From assembly GCF_003790525.1 (NCBI RefSeq), contig NZ_CP033635.1: a DNA stretch of 64,000 nt. The stretch is one strand, 5' to 3'. The stretch comes from Escherichia coli. Its GTDB lineage: Bacteria > Pseudomonadota > Gammaproteobacteria > Enterobacterales > Enterobacteriaceae. The position numbers and the translations under genes were made by a program. This document shows positions 24,099 to 36,521 of this stretch, one piece after another. Positions within the stretch are counted from its first letter, which is position 1. Each line of letters starts with the position of its first letter. The notes beneath the pieces were generated by a model. That model worked only from the letters and a program-made list of their open reading frames with translations, made no database searches and had not been told where the DNA came from.

Positions 24099-25349
24099 AT
24101 GGATGTCATGAGAAGTGTTCTGGGAATGGTGGTATTGCTGGCAATTGCATTTTTGCTGTCAGTAAACAAGAAGAGGATCAGCCTGCGTACCGTTGGCGCG
24201 GCGTTAGTGTTACAGGTCGTGATTGGCGGCATTATGCTTTGGTTACCGCCAGGGCGTTGGGTCGCTGAAAAAGTCGCTTTTGGCGTCCATAAAGTGATGG
24301 CGTACAGCGACGCGGGTAGCGCATTTATCTTCGGTTCGCTGGTCGGGCCGAAAATGGACACGCTGTTTGATGGTGCAGGATTTATCTTTGGTTTCAGAGT
24401 ATTACCGGCAATTATCTTCGTCACCGCGCTGGTGAGTATTCTCTACTACATCGGTGTGATGGGGATCTTAATTCGCATTCTCGGCGGTATCTTCCAGAAA
24501 GCATTAAATATCAGCAAGATCGAGTCATTCGTCGCGGTCACTACCATTTTCCTCGGGCAAAACGAAATTCCGGCAATCGTCAAACCCTTTATCGATCGGC
24601 TGAATCGCAATGAATTATTTACAGCGATTTGTAGTGGCATGGCCTCGATTGCTGGTTCGACAATGATTGGTTACGCCGCACTGGGCGTACCTGTGGAATA
24701 TTTGCTGGCGGCATCGTTAATGGCGATCCCAGGCGGGATCTTGTTTGCCCGCCTGTTAAGCCCGGCTACGGAATCTTCGCAGGTTTCTTTTAATAACCTC
24801 TCTTTCACCGAAACACCGCCAAAAAGTATTATTGAGGCCGCTGCGACAGGGGCAATGACCGGGCTGAAAATCGCTGCGGGTGTGGCAACAGTGGTGATGG
24901 CATTTGTTGCCATCATTGCGTTAATTAACGGTATTATCGGCGGCGTTGGCGGCTGGTTTGGTTTTGAGCAAGCCTCGCTGGAGTCCATTTTAGGTTATCT
25001 GCTGGCCCCGCTGGCGTGGGTGATGGGGGTTGACTGGAGTGATGCAAATCTTGCCGGGAGTTTGATTGGGCAGAAGTTGGCGATCAATGAATTTGTCGCT
25101 TACCTCAATTTCTCACCTTATCTGCAAACAGCTGGCACGCTCGATGCTAAAACCGTGGCGATTATTTCCTTCGCGTTGTGCGGTTTCGCTAACTTTGGTT
25201 CTATCGGGGTAGTGGTTGGGGCATTTTCTGCGGTTGCGCCACACCGCGCGCCGGAAATCGCCCAGCTTGGTTTACGCGCGCTGGCGGCGGCGACACTTTC
25301 TAACCTGATGAGTGCCACCATTGCAGGATTCTTTATTGGCTTAGCGTAG
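24099..25349 (+). CDS. nupX: NupC-family nucleoside permease
   Basis: ORF track 416 aa; near-identical in length and sequence pattern to psuT. Confidence 0.85.
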   Translation: MDVMRSVLGMVVLLAIAFLLSVNKKRISLRTVGAALVLQVVIGGIMLWLPPGRWVAEKVAFGVHKVMAYSDAGSAFIFGSLVGPKMDTLFDGAGFIFGFRVLPAIIFVTALVSILYYIGVMGILIRILGGIFQKALNISKIESFVAVTTIFLGQNEIPAIVKPFIDRLNRNELFTAICSGMASIAGSTMIGYAALGVPVEYLLAASLMAIPGGILFARLLSPATESSQVSFNNLSFTETPPKSIIEAAATGAMTGLKIAAGVATVVMAFVAIIALINGIIGGVGGWFGFEQASLESILGYLLAPLAWVMGVDWSDANLAGSLIGQKLAINEFVAYLNFSPYLQTAGTLDAKTVAIISFALCGFANFGSIGVVVGAFSAVAPHRAPEIAQLGLRALAAATLSNLMSATIAGFFIGLA

Positions 25350-25363
25350 TGCGCGAGTTATGA

Positions 25364-25397
25364 GCCGGATAAGACGCGGTCAAGCGTCGAATCCGGC
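25364..25397. repeat. REP-like palindromic element
   Basis: gccggataagacgcggtcaagcgtcgaatccggc between the nupX and yeiI stops. Confidence 0.55.
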
Positions 25398-25404
25398 AAG
25401 ATTG

Positions 25405-26493
25405 TTACACCATCGGCACTAATGAAAGCGCGTTATCGGCAGACAGGGTAGGGTTGTTTAAGCTGCCGCTGGCGCGTGAAATTGCCGCGCAGGCCATCGC
25501 AAAACGGGCGCTGTCACGGAAACTGCTTCCTTCCAGAAAGCTATACACCAGGCCCGCCATAAAACCATCGTCAGCACCAAAACTGTCTACCGTCGTATGC
25601 GCTGGCGCAGTCAGCAAAAATTGTTCGCCATCCTTTTGGCTGCAATAAACAGACTCATCGGGCAAATAAACAAACAGTTGCTGAACGCCTTGCTGATGCA
25701 ACGCATTCACTGCGGCATTACGATCAGCATCGCGGGTTATCGGCTGGCCCCATAAAATTTCCAGCTCCGACAAAGTGGGTTTCAGAGTGTGAATATGCGC
25801 CAGCCAGTGTTTGATTTTGCCCGCTTTGAATTCTGAAACGGTATCGACAAACACCGGGATTTCATCAGCGAGGGTAAAGACCCATTCCAGCGCCTCGGCT
25901 GTCAGGTTACAATCTGCCAGTACCACGCCCGCATGACGAAGTAAATCGCGCGACCCGTTCAGTAGTTGCGGTGTCAACTGATCCAGCAGATGGGTATCGT
26001 TAATCGCCAGCACGGTTTGATCGTCTCGATTGGCAATTGCCAGATACGTCGATGTGCTTTGACCATGTAAACGAACGCAGCCGGAGACATTCACGCCGGC
26101 GCGGCGCGTTTCTTCCAGGAGCATTTCGCCATAAAAGTCATCGCCAATCACTGAAAGCAAATGAACGTCGCGGCCTAACAGCGCCAGATTGTGGGCGATA
26201 TTGCGTCCAACGCCGCCTGCCGAGCAATGAATGGTACCGGGATGAGAAGCCGCTTGCGGGTAACGGATATCCGCCATCCCGCGAATATCCATATTGATTG
26301 TCCCCACCACTACGCAGTATTCCTGCTCGGTGAGAATGTAACCTTTGCCTTTAATCCGTCCTTTGCGCATTAAATCCATAATATGCGCTGCAACACGCGA
26401 ACGGCTGATTTGCAGCATATCCGCAATTTCGTTCTGCTGAATCAGCGGGTTACGCCTTAATATTGCAAGGATCTCCTTCTCCCGGTTATTCAT
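25405..26493 (-). CDS. yeiI: sugar/nucleoside kinase with N-terminal HTH domain (PfkB family)
   Basis: ORF track 362 aa; N-terminal winged-helix region plus ribokinase-like domain; paralog of psuK. Confidence 0.8.
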   Translation of the reverse strand: MNNREKEILAILRRNPLIQQNEIADMLQISRSRVAAHIMDLMRKGRIKGKGYILTEQEYCVVVGTINMDIRGMADIRYPQAASHPGTIHCSAGGVGRNIAHNLALLGRDVHLLSVIGDDFYGEMLLEETRRAGVNVSGCVRLHGQSTSTYLAIANRDDQTVLAINDTHLLDQLTPQLLNGSRDLLRHAGVVLADCNLTAEALEWVFTLADEIPVFVDTVSEFKAGKIKHWLAHIHTLKPTLSELEILWGQPITRDADRNAAVNALHQQGVQQLFVYLPDESVYCSQKDGEQFLLTAPAHTTVDSFGADDGFMAGLVYSFLEGSSFRDSARFAMACAAISRASGSLNNPTLSADNALSLVPMV

Positions 26494-26495
26494 CT

Positions 26496-27353
26496 TCAGG
26501 CTACCGCTTTTTCAGTTTGTTGCGCTTTCAGCCAGGCGATCTCTTCTGCCCAGATATCCGGGTTGATGGTTTCAAGGATCAGCGGAATGCCGTCGAAACG
26601 GTCGTCCTGCATGATCCAGCGGAACGCATCATGACCGATATTGCCTTCACCGAGGCTATGATGGCGGTCAACGCGGCTGCCAAAGGTGCTTTTCGCATCG
26701 TTAAGGTGCATCCCGCGCAGATACTTAAAGCCGACAATACGGGCAAAATCCGCGAACGTTTTCTCGCATTCGGCAGAAGTACGCAAATCATACCCGGCAG
26801 CGAAAGCATGGCAGGTATCAATGCAGACGCCGACGCGGGATTTATCTTCCACGCCGTCGATAATCGCCGCGAGATGTTCGAATTTAAACCCTAAGTTACT
26901 GCCCTGACCGGCGGTGTTTTCAATCACCGCTGTCACACCATGAGTTTTATCCAGCGCAATGTTGATGGATTCGGCAATACGCGCAAGGCAATCCTCTTCT
27001 GAAATCTGCATCAGATGGCTGCCAGGGTGGAAGTTGAGCAAAGAAAGCCCCAGCTGTTCGCAACGCTGCATTTCATCTATAAAGGCATCGCGCGATTTTT
27101 CCAGAGCTTCAGTGACCGGATGTCCGAGGTTAATCAGATAACTGTCGTGGGGAAGAATTTGCGCCGATGTGTAGTGATATTTTTCACAGGCGGCTTTGAA
27201 TTCATCGATGGTTTGCGTCGTGAGCGGTGCGGCACGCCACTGACGTTGGTTTTTGGTGAACAAGGCAAACGCGGTTGCGTCGATTTCGGCGGCGCGAATT
27301 GCGGCATTTGCCAGACCGCCAGCAGCACTAACGTGCGCTCCAATGTATTTCAT
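26496..27353 (-). CDS. nfo: endonuclease IV (AP endonuclease)
   Basis: ORF track 285 aa; TIM-barrel AP endonuclease family 2. Confidence 0.95.
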   Translation of the reverse strand: MKYIGAHVSAAGGLANAAIRAAEIDATAFALFTKNQRQWRAAPLTTQTIDEFKAACEKYHYTSAQILPHDSYLINLGHPVTEALEKSRDAFIDEMQRCEQLGLSLLNFHPGSHLMQISEEDCLARIAESINIALDKTHGVTAVIENTAGQGSNLGFKFEHLAAIIDGVEDKSRVGVCIDTCHAFAAGYDLRTSAECEKTFADFARIVGFKYLRGMHLNDAKSTFGSRVDRHHSLGEGNIGHDAFRWIMQDDRFDGIPLILETINPDIWAEEIAWLKAQQTEKAVA

Positions 27354-27426
27354 GCGAGGACTCCTGTTAAACCCGCTGGAGGAAAACGGTAATGATAGCG
27401 GGTTAACAGGAGCAAGATGTAGTGGT

Positions 27427-28476
27427 TTATGCGATGACGCTTTGAATCACATAGTTAATCGCACCACCACCAACAATCAGCCAGGCAAACAGTACCAGAG
27501 CCATCAGCAGAGGTTTCGCCCCGGCTTTTTTCAGCGCGCTGACGTGAGTGGTCAGACCCAGCGCCGCCATCGCCATTGCCAGCAGGAAGGTATCCAGCGT
27601 TACCAGCATATTCACTACGCTCTGCGGTAACAGGTGGAACGAGTTAAAGATGGCAACTACGATGAACAAGATGGCAAACCACGGAATAGTGATTTTGCTT
27701 TTCTCGCCGCTGTTCGCCCCAGACAGCTGTTTAACACGCGCCGCCAGCAGGATGAGGAACGGAGCCAGCATCATCACGCGCAGCATTTTGGAAATAACTG
27801 CTGCGTTTTCTGCATCCGGGCTGATGGCATGACCTGCCGCCACCACCTGCGCCACTTCGTGCACAGTAGAACCAATGTAGATACCGAAAGTTTCCGGACT
27901 AAACCATTGAGACATCAGCGGATATATCGCCGGGTAGAGGAAAATCGCGACGGTCCCGAAGATAACAACGGTTGCAACAGCCACGGTTACTTTACTGGCT
28001 TCTGCTTTCACTACCGGCTCAGTCGCCAGTACCGCGGCAGCACCACAGATACTGCTACCGGCACCGATCAACCAGCTCGTGTGCTTATCCAGACCAAACA
28101 CTTTCTGCCCCAGGAAGCAAGCCAGCAGGAAGGTACTGGACAGCGTCAACACGTCAATGATGATCCCACTGATACCGACATCGGCAATTTGCGAGAACGT
28201 CAGACGGAAGCCATAAAGAATGATACCCAGACGTAATAAATATTGCTTGGCAAACAGCACGCCACCGTCACAGCTTTTCCAGATGTGCGGATAGATGGTG
28301 TTGCCTAAAACCATCCCCAACAAAATTGCGAGGGTGAGGGCACTAAACCCGGCACCCGCAACCGCGGGAATGGAACCACCCCACAGGGCGACCCCGGTGA
28401 TAACTGCACTCAGGGCTAACCCCGGAATAAAATGCCACAGTGTACGATGTTGTTTCTGTAAGGTGATATTCGTCAT
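27427..28476 (-). CDS. yeiH: UPF0324 inner membrane protein
   Basis: ORF track 349 aa; polytopic membrane protein; divergent from the LysR regulator yeiE. Confidence 0.85.
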   Translation of the reverse strand: MTNITLQKQHRTLWHFIPGLALSAVITGVALWGGSIPAVAGAGFSALTLAILLGMVLGNTIYPHIWKSCDGGVLFAKQYLLRLGIILYGFRLTFSQIADVGISGIIIDVLTLSSTFLLACFLGQKVFGLDKHTSWLIGAGSSICGAAAVLATEPVVKAEASKVTVAVATVVIFGTVAIFLYPAIYPLMSQWFSPETFGIYIGSTVHEVAQVVAAGHAISPDAENAAVISKMLRVMMLAPFLILLAARVKQLSGANSGEKSKITIPWFAILFIVVAIFNSFHLLPQSVVNMLVTLDTFLLAMAMAALGLTTHVSALKKAGAKPLLMALVLFAWLIVGGGAINYVIQSVIA

Positions 28477-28574
28477 AACCCTCTCCTTTAACCGGGCATA
28501 AGGTTACGACTAACTGGTTTAAAAATAAAATTGATTATATATTTATAATTAATCTTTATAAGTGGTAAGCGACT

Positions 28575-29456
28575 ATGCACATCACCCTCCGGCAGTTGGA
28601 AGTTTTTGCAGAAGTATTGAAAAGTGGATCAACCACCCAGGCGTCGGTGATGCTGGCGTTGTCGCAATCAGCAGTGAGCGCAGCCTTGACCGACCTGGAA
28701 GGGCAGCTTGGCGTGCAACTGTTTGATCGCGTGGGGAAAAGACTGGTTGTTAATGAACACGGGCGGCTGCTCTATCCGCGCGCGTTGGCACTGCTTGAAC
28801 AGGCGGTTGAAATCGAACAACTGTTTCGCGAAGACAACGGCGCGATTCGTATCTATGCCAGTAGTACCATCGGTAACTACATTCTGCCTGCAGTTATCGC
28901 CCGTTATCGCCATGATTATCCGCAGTTGCCGATTGAACTTAGCGTTGGGAATAGCCAGGACGTGATGCAAGCGGTGCTGGATTTCCGCGTTGATATTGGC
29001 TTTATTGAAGGACCGTGCCACAGCACTGAAATCATTTCTGAACCGTGGCTGGAAGACGAGCTGGTGGTTTTCGCCGCGCCGACTTCGCCGTTGGCTCGTG
29101 GTCCGGTCACCTTAGAACAGCTGGCCGCTGCGCCGTGGATCCTGCGTGAACGCGGTTCCGGCACGCGGGAGATTGTCGATTATCTGTTGCTGTCACATTT
29201 ACCGAAGTTTGAGATGGCGATGGAATTAGGTAACTCCGAGGCAATCAAACATGCGGTGCGTCATGGGTTGGGTATTAGTTGCCTGTCGCGACGGGTGATT
29301 GAAGATCAATTGCAGGCAGGCACATTAAGTGAAGTTGCGGTCCCTCTTCCGCGCCTGATGCGTACGTTGTGGCGTATACATCATCGGCAAAAACACCTTT
29401 CCAACGCGCTACGGCGCTTCCTGGACTATTGCGATCCCGCGAATGTACCGCGTTAA
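28575..29456 (+). CDS. yeiE: LysR-family transcriptional regulator
   Basis: ORF track 293 aa; N-terminal LysR HTH. Confidence 0.9.
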
Positions 29457-29660
29457 GGTGCTGTACAAGAACATGCTGGTGCTGTGTCGATTTCGTGACG
29501 CAGCGCCCTCAGCATGCATTCGCCAGAAAAGAGATTGGCTGCTTTACTTATAATCCCTGGGCGATCATGAAGGTGTCTTATAACCGTGTATTTCTGCCGG
29601 AAGGATTGCCAATCGTCTGCTACAATCGCGCCTCATTTTTAAGATGGATAGCATTTTTGT

Positions 29661-31130
29661 ATGGGTTCCGAAACTAAAACTACAGAAGCGCCGGGCTTAC
29701 GCCGTGAATTAAAGGCGCGTCACCTGACGATGATTGCCATTGGCGGTTCCATCGGTACAGGTCTTTTTGTTGCCTCTGGCGCAACGATTTCTCAGGCAGG
29801 TCCGGGCGGGGCATTGCTCTCGTATATGCTGATTGGCCTGATGGTTTACTTCCTGATGACCAGTCTCGGTGAACTGGCTGCATATATGCCGGTTTCCGGT
29901 TCGTTTGCCACTTACGGTCAGAACTATGTTGAAGAAGGCTTTGGCTTCGCGCTGGGCTGGAACTACTGGTACAACTGGGCGGTGACTATCGCCGTTGACC
30001 TGGTTGCAGCTCAGCTGGTCATGAGCTGGTGGTTCCCGGATACACCGGGCTGGATCTGGAGTGCGCTGTTCCTCGGCGTTATCTTCCTGCTGAACTACAT
30101 CTCAGTTCGTGGCTTTGGTGAAGCGGAATACTGGTTCTCACTGATCAAAGTCACGACAGTTATTGTCTTTATCATCGTTGGCGTGCTGATGATTATCGGT
30201 ATCTTCAAAGGCGCGCAGCCTGCGGGCTGGAGCAACTGGACAATCGGCGAAGCGCCGTTTGCTGGTGGTTTTGCGGCGATGATCGGCGTAGCTATGATTG
30301 TCGGCTTCTCTTTCCAGGGAACCGAGCTGATCGGTATTGCTGCAGGCGAGTCCGAAGATCCGGCGAAAAACATTCCACGCGCGGTACGTCAGGTATTCTG
30401 GCGAATCCTGTTGTTCTATGTGTTCGCGATCCTGATTATCAGCCTGATTATTCCGTATACCGATCCGAGCCTGCTGCGTAACGATGTTAAAGACATCAGC
30501 GTCAGTCCGTTCACCCTGGTGTTCCAGCACGCGGGTCTGCTCTCTGCGGCGGCGGTGATGAACGCAGTTATTCTGACGGCGGTGCTGTCAGCGGGTAACT
30601 CCGGTATGTATGCGTCTACTCGTATGCTGTACACCCTGGCGTGTGACGGTAAAGCGCCGCGCATTTTCGCTAAACTGTCGCGTGGTGGCGTGCCGCGTAA
30701 TGCGCTGTATGCGACGACGGTGATTGCAGGTCTGTGCTTCCTGACCTCCATGTTTGGCAACCAGACGGTATACCTGTGGCTGCTGAACACCTCCGGGATG
30801 ACCGGTTTTATCGCCTGGCTGGGGATTGCCATTAGCCACTATCGTTTCCGTCGCGGGTACGTATTGCAGGGACACGACATTAACGATCTGCCGTACCGTT
30901 CAGGTTTCTTCCCACTGGGGCCGATCTTCGCATTCATTCTGTGTCTGATTATCACTTTGGGCCAGAACTACGAAGCGTTCCTGAAAGATACCATTGACTG
31001 GGGCGGCGTAGCGGCAACGTATATTGGTATCCCGCTGTTCCTGATTATTTGGTTCGGATACAAGCTGATTAAAGGAACTCACTTCGTACGCTACAGCGAA
31101 ATGAAGTTCCCGCAGAACGATAAGAAATAA
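29661..31130 (+). CDS. lysP: lysine-specific permease (APC family)
   Basis: ORF track 489 aa; amino-acid permease fold. Confidence 0.9.
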   Translation: MGSETKTTEAPGLRRELKARHLTMIAIGGSIGTGLFVASGATISQAGPGGALLSYMLIGLMVYFLMTSLGELAAYMPVSGSFATYGQNYVEEGFGFALGWNYWYNWAVTIAVDLVAAQLVMSWWFPDTPGWIWSALFLGVIFLLNYISVRGFGEAEYWFSLIKVTTVIVFIIVGVLMIIGIFKGAQPAGWSNWTIGEAPFAGGFAAMIGVAMIVGFSFQGTELIGIAAGESEDPAKNIPRAVRQVFWRILLFYVFAILIISLIIPYTDPSLLRNDVKDISVSPFTLVFQHAGLLSAAAVMNAVILTAVLSAGNSGMYASTRMLYTLACDGKAPRIFAKLSRGGVPRNALYATTVIAGLCFLTSMFGNQTVYLWLLNTSGMTGFIAWLGIAISHYRFRRGYVLQGHDINDLPYRSGFFPLGPIFAFILCLIITLGQNYEAFLKDTIDWGGVAATYIGIPLFLIIWFGYKLIKGTHFVRYSEMKFPQNDKK

Positions 31131-31150
31131 GTTTCCTCCCTTCCTTGCTA

Positions 31151-31176
31151 AGCCCTCTCAACCGAGAGGGCTTTTT
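31151..31176 (+). terminator. rho-independent terminator after lysP
   Basis: agccctctcaaccgagagggcttttt: stem plus T-run. Confidence 0.7.
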
Positions 31177-31227
31177 CAATTCCATTTCCCTGACAAATCA
31201 TGCGGATATAAAATTTAACATTTGGAT

Positions 31228-31258
31228 TGATAATTGTTATCGTTTGCATTATCGTTAC
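31228..31258. promoter_or_regulatory. Fur box in the cirA promoter
   Basis: tgataattgttatcgtttgcattatcgtta resembles the GATAATGATAATCATTATC Fur consensus; lies upstream of cirA. Confidence 0.65.
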
Positions 31259-31421
31259 GCCGCAATCAAAAAAGGCTGACAAATCAGAGGCTGTTCCGGC
31301 TTTCTGGGATGATCACCTGCATACAAATAAGTCCACCGCGATGCTGCCGTACGCAAGGGGACGTAAAGAAGATGTGAGCGATACCCATTTTATTTTCGTA
31401 GTTACCTCATGGAGATATGGA

Positions 31422-33413
31422 ATGTTTAGGTTGAACCCTTTCGTACGGGTCGGGCTGTGTTTGTCCGCTATTTCTTGTGCATGGCCTGTGTTAGCGGTCG
31501 ATGATGATGGCGAAACGATGGTTGTCACTGCATCTTCCGTTGAGCAAAACCTTAAAGATGCACCCGCCAGTATCAGCGTCATTACCCAGGAAGACCTGCA
31601 GCGAAAACCGGTACAGAATCTGAAGGATGTCCTCAAAGAAGTGCCTGGCGTACAACTGACGAACGAAGGGGATAACCGTAAGGGCGTAAGTATTCGTGGT
31701 CTGGACAGCAGCTACACCCTGATTCTTGTCGACGGTAAACGCGTTAACTCCCGCAATGCCGTCTTCCGCCACAATGATTTCGATCTGAACTGGATCCCGG
31801 TCGATTCCATCGAACGTATTGAAGTGGTCCGTGGCCCGATGTCGTCGCTGTACGGTTCCGATGCGCTCGGCGGTGTAGTGAATATCATCACCAAAAAAAT
31901 CGGTCAGAAATGGTCGGGCACCGTTACCGTCGATACCACCGTTCAGGAACATCGCGATCGCGGTGATACCTATAACGGTCAGTTCTTTACCAGCGGACCA
32001 TTAATTGACGGCGTGCTGGGAATGAAAGCATACGGCAGCCTGGCAAAACGTGAAAAGGATGACCCGCAAAACTCAACGACCACCGATACCGGAGAAACGC
32101 CGCGTATTGAAGGATTCTCCAGCCGCGACGGCAATGTCGAATTTGCCTGGACACCGAATCAAAATCACGATTTTACTGCCGGATACGGTTTCGACCGTCA
32201 GGATCGTGATTCCGACTCGCTGGACAAAAACCGCCTGGAACGCCAGAACTACTCCGTCAGCCATAATGGGCGTTGGGATTACGGCACCAGCGAACTGAAA
32301 TACTACGGTGAGAAAGTCGAGAACAAAAACCCTGGCTACAGCAGCCCGATAACTTCCGAAAGCAATACGGTCGACGGCAAATACACGTTGCCGCTGACGG
32401 CGATTAATCAGTTTCTCACGGTTGGCGGTGAATGGCGTCACGACAAACTTAGCGATGCGGTGAACCTGACCGGGGGAACCAGCTCCAAAACGTCTGCCAG
32501 CCAGTACGCGCTGTTTGTGGAAGATGAATGGCGGATCTTCGAGCCGCTGGCGCTGACGACCGGCGTACGTATGGACGATCATGAAACCTACGGTGAACAC
32601 TGGAGTCCGCGTGCCTACCTGGTTTATAACGCCACCGACACCGTAACGGTGAAAGGGGGCTGGGCGACGGCATTTAAAGCGCCTTCTCTGTTGCAACTTA
32701 GCCCTGACTGGACGAGCAATTCCTGCCGTGGCGCATGTAAGATTGTGGGTAGCCCGGATCTGAAACCAGAAACCAGCGAAAGTTGGGAACTGGGGCTTTA
32801 CTACATGGGCGAAGAAGGCTGGCTGGAAGGGGTTGAATCCAGCGTTACCGTTTTCCGTAACGATGTGAAAGATCGTATCAGCATTAGCCGTACGTCTGAC
32901 GTCAACGCTGCACCGGGCTACCAAAACTTTGTCGGTTTTGAGACGGGCGCTAACGGACGGCGCATACCGGTATTTAGCTACTACAACGTTAACAAAGCTC
33001 GTATTCAGGGCGTGGAAACCGAACTGAAAATTCCGTTCAACGATGAATGGAAACTGTCGATCAACTACACCTACAACGATGGTCGTGATGTCAGCAACGG
33101 CGAAAACAAACCGCTATCCGATCTGCCGTTCCATACTGCTAACGGTACGCTGGACTGGAAACCGCTGGCGCTGGAAGACTGGTCATTCTATGTTTCTGGT
33201 CACTATACCGGGCAGAAACGCGCCGACAGCGCGACGGCTAAAACACCGGGCGGTTATACCATCTGGAATACCGGTGCGGCCTGGCAGGTGACTAAAGACG
33301 TCAAACTGCGCGCAGGCGTGCTGAACCTTGGCGACAAGGATCTCAGTCGTGACGACTACAGCTATAACGAAGACGGACGTCGTTACTTTATGGCAGTGGA
33401 TTATCGCTTCTGA
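31422..33413 (+). CDS. cirA: colicin I / catecholate siderophore TonB-dependent outer membrane receptor
   Basis: ORF 31227..33413 trimmed to the ATG at 31422 ([14 protein letters not shown] signal peptide), giving 663 aa; TonB box and terminal F of the beta-barrel. Confidence 0.9.
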   Translation: MFRLNPFVRVGLCLSAISCAWPVLAVDDDGETMVVTASSVEQNLKDAPASISVITQEDLQRKPVQNLKDVLKEVPGVQLTNEGDNRKGVSIRGLDSSYTLILVDGKRVNSRNAVFRHNDFDLNWIPVDSIERIEVVRGPMSSLYGSDALGGVVNIITKKIGQKWSGTVTVDTTVQEHRDRGDTYNGQFFTSGPLIDGVLGMKAYGSLAKREKDDPQNSTTTDTGETPRIEGFSSRDGNVEFAWTPNQNHDFTAGYGFDRQDRDSDSLDKNRLERQNYSVSHNGRWDYGTSELKYYGEKVENKNPGYSSPITSESNTVDGKYTLPLTAINQFLTVGGEWRHDKLSDAVNLTGGTSSKTSASQYALFVEDEWRIFEPLALTTGVRMDDHETYGEHWSPRAYLVYNATDTVTVKGGWATAFKAPSLLQLSPDWTSNSCRGACKIVGSPDLKPETSESWELGLYYMGEEGWLEGVESSVTVFRNDVKDRISISRTSDVNAAPGYQNFVGFETGANGRRIPVFSYYNVNKARIQGVETELKIPFNDEWKLSINYTYNDGRDVSNGENKPLSDLPFHTANGTLDWKPLALEDWSFYVSGHYTGQKRADSATAKTPGGYTIWNTGAAWQVTKDVKLRAGVLNLGDKDLSRDDYSYNEDGRRYFMAVDYRF

Positions 33414-33444
33414 TGAGAAGATGCCCGGCGAACCGGGCGGACTT

Positions 33445-34317
<873 letters not shown>

Positions 34318-34537
34318 TCATACCGTTAATTCATTGTGTCGTGAGTAACTTTCACTTCCGTATTTACATAACCGTGTTTTAACATTACACCTTTGTAAGG
34401 CAGCGGCAATTACAACAATTATCGCGGTGAATACTGGATTATGTGTGCCGCCTCACGCACAATAATCAGGCTGCTAATCAGCTTAATAACTTTGCCCCAC
34501 GCAGGGCAGAGGCGTCACACCTGCAGGAGAAAAATAA

Positions 34538-35206
34538 ATGCCATCACTCAGTAAAGAAGCGGCCCTGGTTCATGAAGCGCTGGTTGCGCGAGGACTGGAA
34601 ACACCGCTGCGCCCGCCCGTGCATGAAATGGATAACGAAACGCGCAAAAGCCTTATCGCCGGTCATATGACGGAAATCATGCAGTTGCTGAATCTCGACC
34701 TGGCTGATGACAGTTTGATGGAAACGCCGCATCGTATTGCCAAAATGTATGTCGATGAAATTTTCTCCGGTCTGGATTACGCCAATTTCCCGAAAATTAC
34801 CCTTATTGAAAACAAAATGAAGGTCGATGAGATGGTTACGGTGCGCGATATCACTCTGACCAGTACCTGTGAACACCATTTTGTTACCATTGATGGCAAA
34901 GCGACGGTGGCTTATATCCCGAAAGATTCGGTGATCGGTCTGTCAAAAATTAACCGCATCGTGCAGTTCTTTGCCCAGCGTCCGCAGGTGCAGGAACGTC
35001 TGACCCAGCAAATTCTCATTGCGCTACAAACGCTGCTGGGCACCAATAACGTGGCTGTCTCTATCGACGCGGTGCATTACTGCGTGAAAGCGCGTGGCAT
35101 CCGCGACGCAACCAGTGCCACAACAACGACCTCTCTTGGTGGATTGTTCAAATCCAGTCAGAATACGCGCCACGAGTTTCTGCGCGCTGTGCGTCATCAC
35201 AACTGA
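34538..35206 (+). CDS. folE: GTP cyclohydrolase I
   Basis: ORF track 222 aa; product recognised as FolE. Confidence 0.95.
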
Positions 35207-35222
35207 TTAAAAGGCAGGAACC

Positions 35223-36380
35223 ATGGAGCGCAACGTCACGCTCGATTTTGTTCGCGGCGTCGCCATTCTGGGGATCCTGCTATTAAACATCAGCGCCTTT
35301 GGGCTACCAAAGGCGGCTTATCTCAATCCCGCCTGGTACGGCGCTATTACGTCGCAGGATGCATGGACCTGGGCATTTCTCGATCTCATCGGCCAGGTGA
35401 AATTCCTCACGCTTTTTGCTCTGCTGTTTGGTGCGGGCCTGCAAATGTTGCTGCCCCGTGGCAGACGCTGGATCCAGTCGCGGTTAACGCTGTTAGTCTT
35501 GCTGGGCTTTATTCACGGTTTATTGTTCTGGGACGGCGATATTCTGCTGGCTTACGGGCTGGTGGGCTTAATCTGCTGGCGGCTGGTGCGCGATGCGCCA
35601 TCGGTAAAAAGCCTGTTTAATACAGGCGTCATGCTTTATCTGGTGGGGCTTGGCGTTTTGCTGTTATTGGGGCTGATTTCCGACAGCCAGACCAGCCGCG
35701 CCTGGACGCCGGATGCATCGGCTATTTTGTATGAAAAATACTGGAAGCTTCACGGCGGCGTTGAAGCGATCAGTAATCGTGCCGATGGTGTTGGCAACAG
35801 TTTACTGGCACTGGGCGCACAGTATGGCTGGCAACTGGCAGGGATGATGCTCATTGGTGCCGCATTGATGCGCAGCGGCTGGCTGAAAGGGCAGTTCAGC
35901 TTACGTCACTATCGTCGTACTGGTTTTGTGCTGGTGGCGATTGGGGTGACCATTAACCTTCCTGCCATCGCCCTGCAATGGCAGCTGGACTGGGCGTATC
36001 GCTGGTGTGCATTCTTACTTCAAATGCCGCGGGAACTGAGTGCGCCGTTTCAGGCGATTGGCTATGCGTCGCTGTTTTATGGCTTCTGGCCGCAATTAAG
36101 CCGCTTTAAGCTGGTGCTGGCAATCGCCTGTGTCGGACGGATGGCACTGACCAACTATCTATTGCAAACGCTGATTTGTACCACGCTTTTTTACCACCTC
36201 GGTTTGTTTATGCTGTTTGACCGTCTGGAATTGCTGGCGTTTGTTATTCCGGTATGGCTGGCGAATATTCTCTTCTCTGTTATCTGGCTGCGTTACTTCC
36301 GCCAGGGGCCGGTGGAATGGCTCTGGCGTCAGTTAACTTTGCGTGCAGCTGGGCCGGCAAGATCTAAAACATCAAGATAA
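35223..36380 (+). CDS. yeiB: DUF418-family inner membrane protein
   Basis: ORF track 385 aa; polytopic membrane protein immediately after folE. Confidence 0.85.
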   Translation: MERNVTLDFVRGVAILGILLLNISAFGLPKAAYLNPAWYGAITSQDAWTWAFLDLIGQVKFLTLFALLFGAGLQMLLPRGRRWIQSRLTLLVLLGFIHGLLFWDGDILLAYGLVGLICWRLVRDAPSVKSLFNTGVMLYLVGLGVLLLLGLISDSQTSRAWTPDASAILYEKYWKLHGGVEAISNRADGVGNSLLALGAQYGWQLAGMMLIGAALMRSGWLKGQFSLRHYRRTGFVLVAIGVTINLPAIALQWQLDWAYRWCAFLLQMPRELSAPFQAIGYASLFYGFWPQLSRFKLVLAIACVGRMALTNYLLQTLICTTLFYHLGLFMLFDRLELLAFVIPVWLANILFSVIWLRYFRQGPVEWLWRQLTLRAAGPARSKTSR

Positions 36381-36521
36381 CGATCTGGATCACATTCGTT
36401 AACAAAACGGCTGTAACCGTTTCCATTGCTGTGACTCGATTCACGAAGTCCTGTATTCAGTGCTGACAAAATAGCCGCCAGCAAGCAGTCATTTACTGCA
36501 ATCTCATAACAGGTAGTGAAT

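Noticed and set aside
32073-32924. 283-aa minus-strand ORF inside cirA
   Set aside because: Antisense shadow ORF within the cirA beta-barrel coding region.
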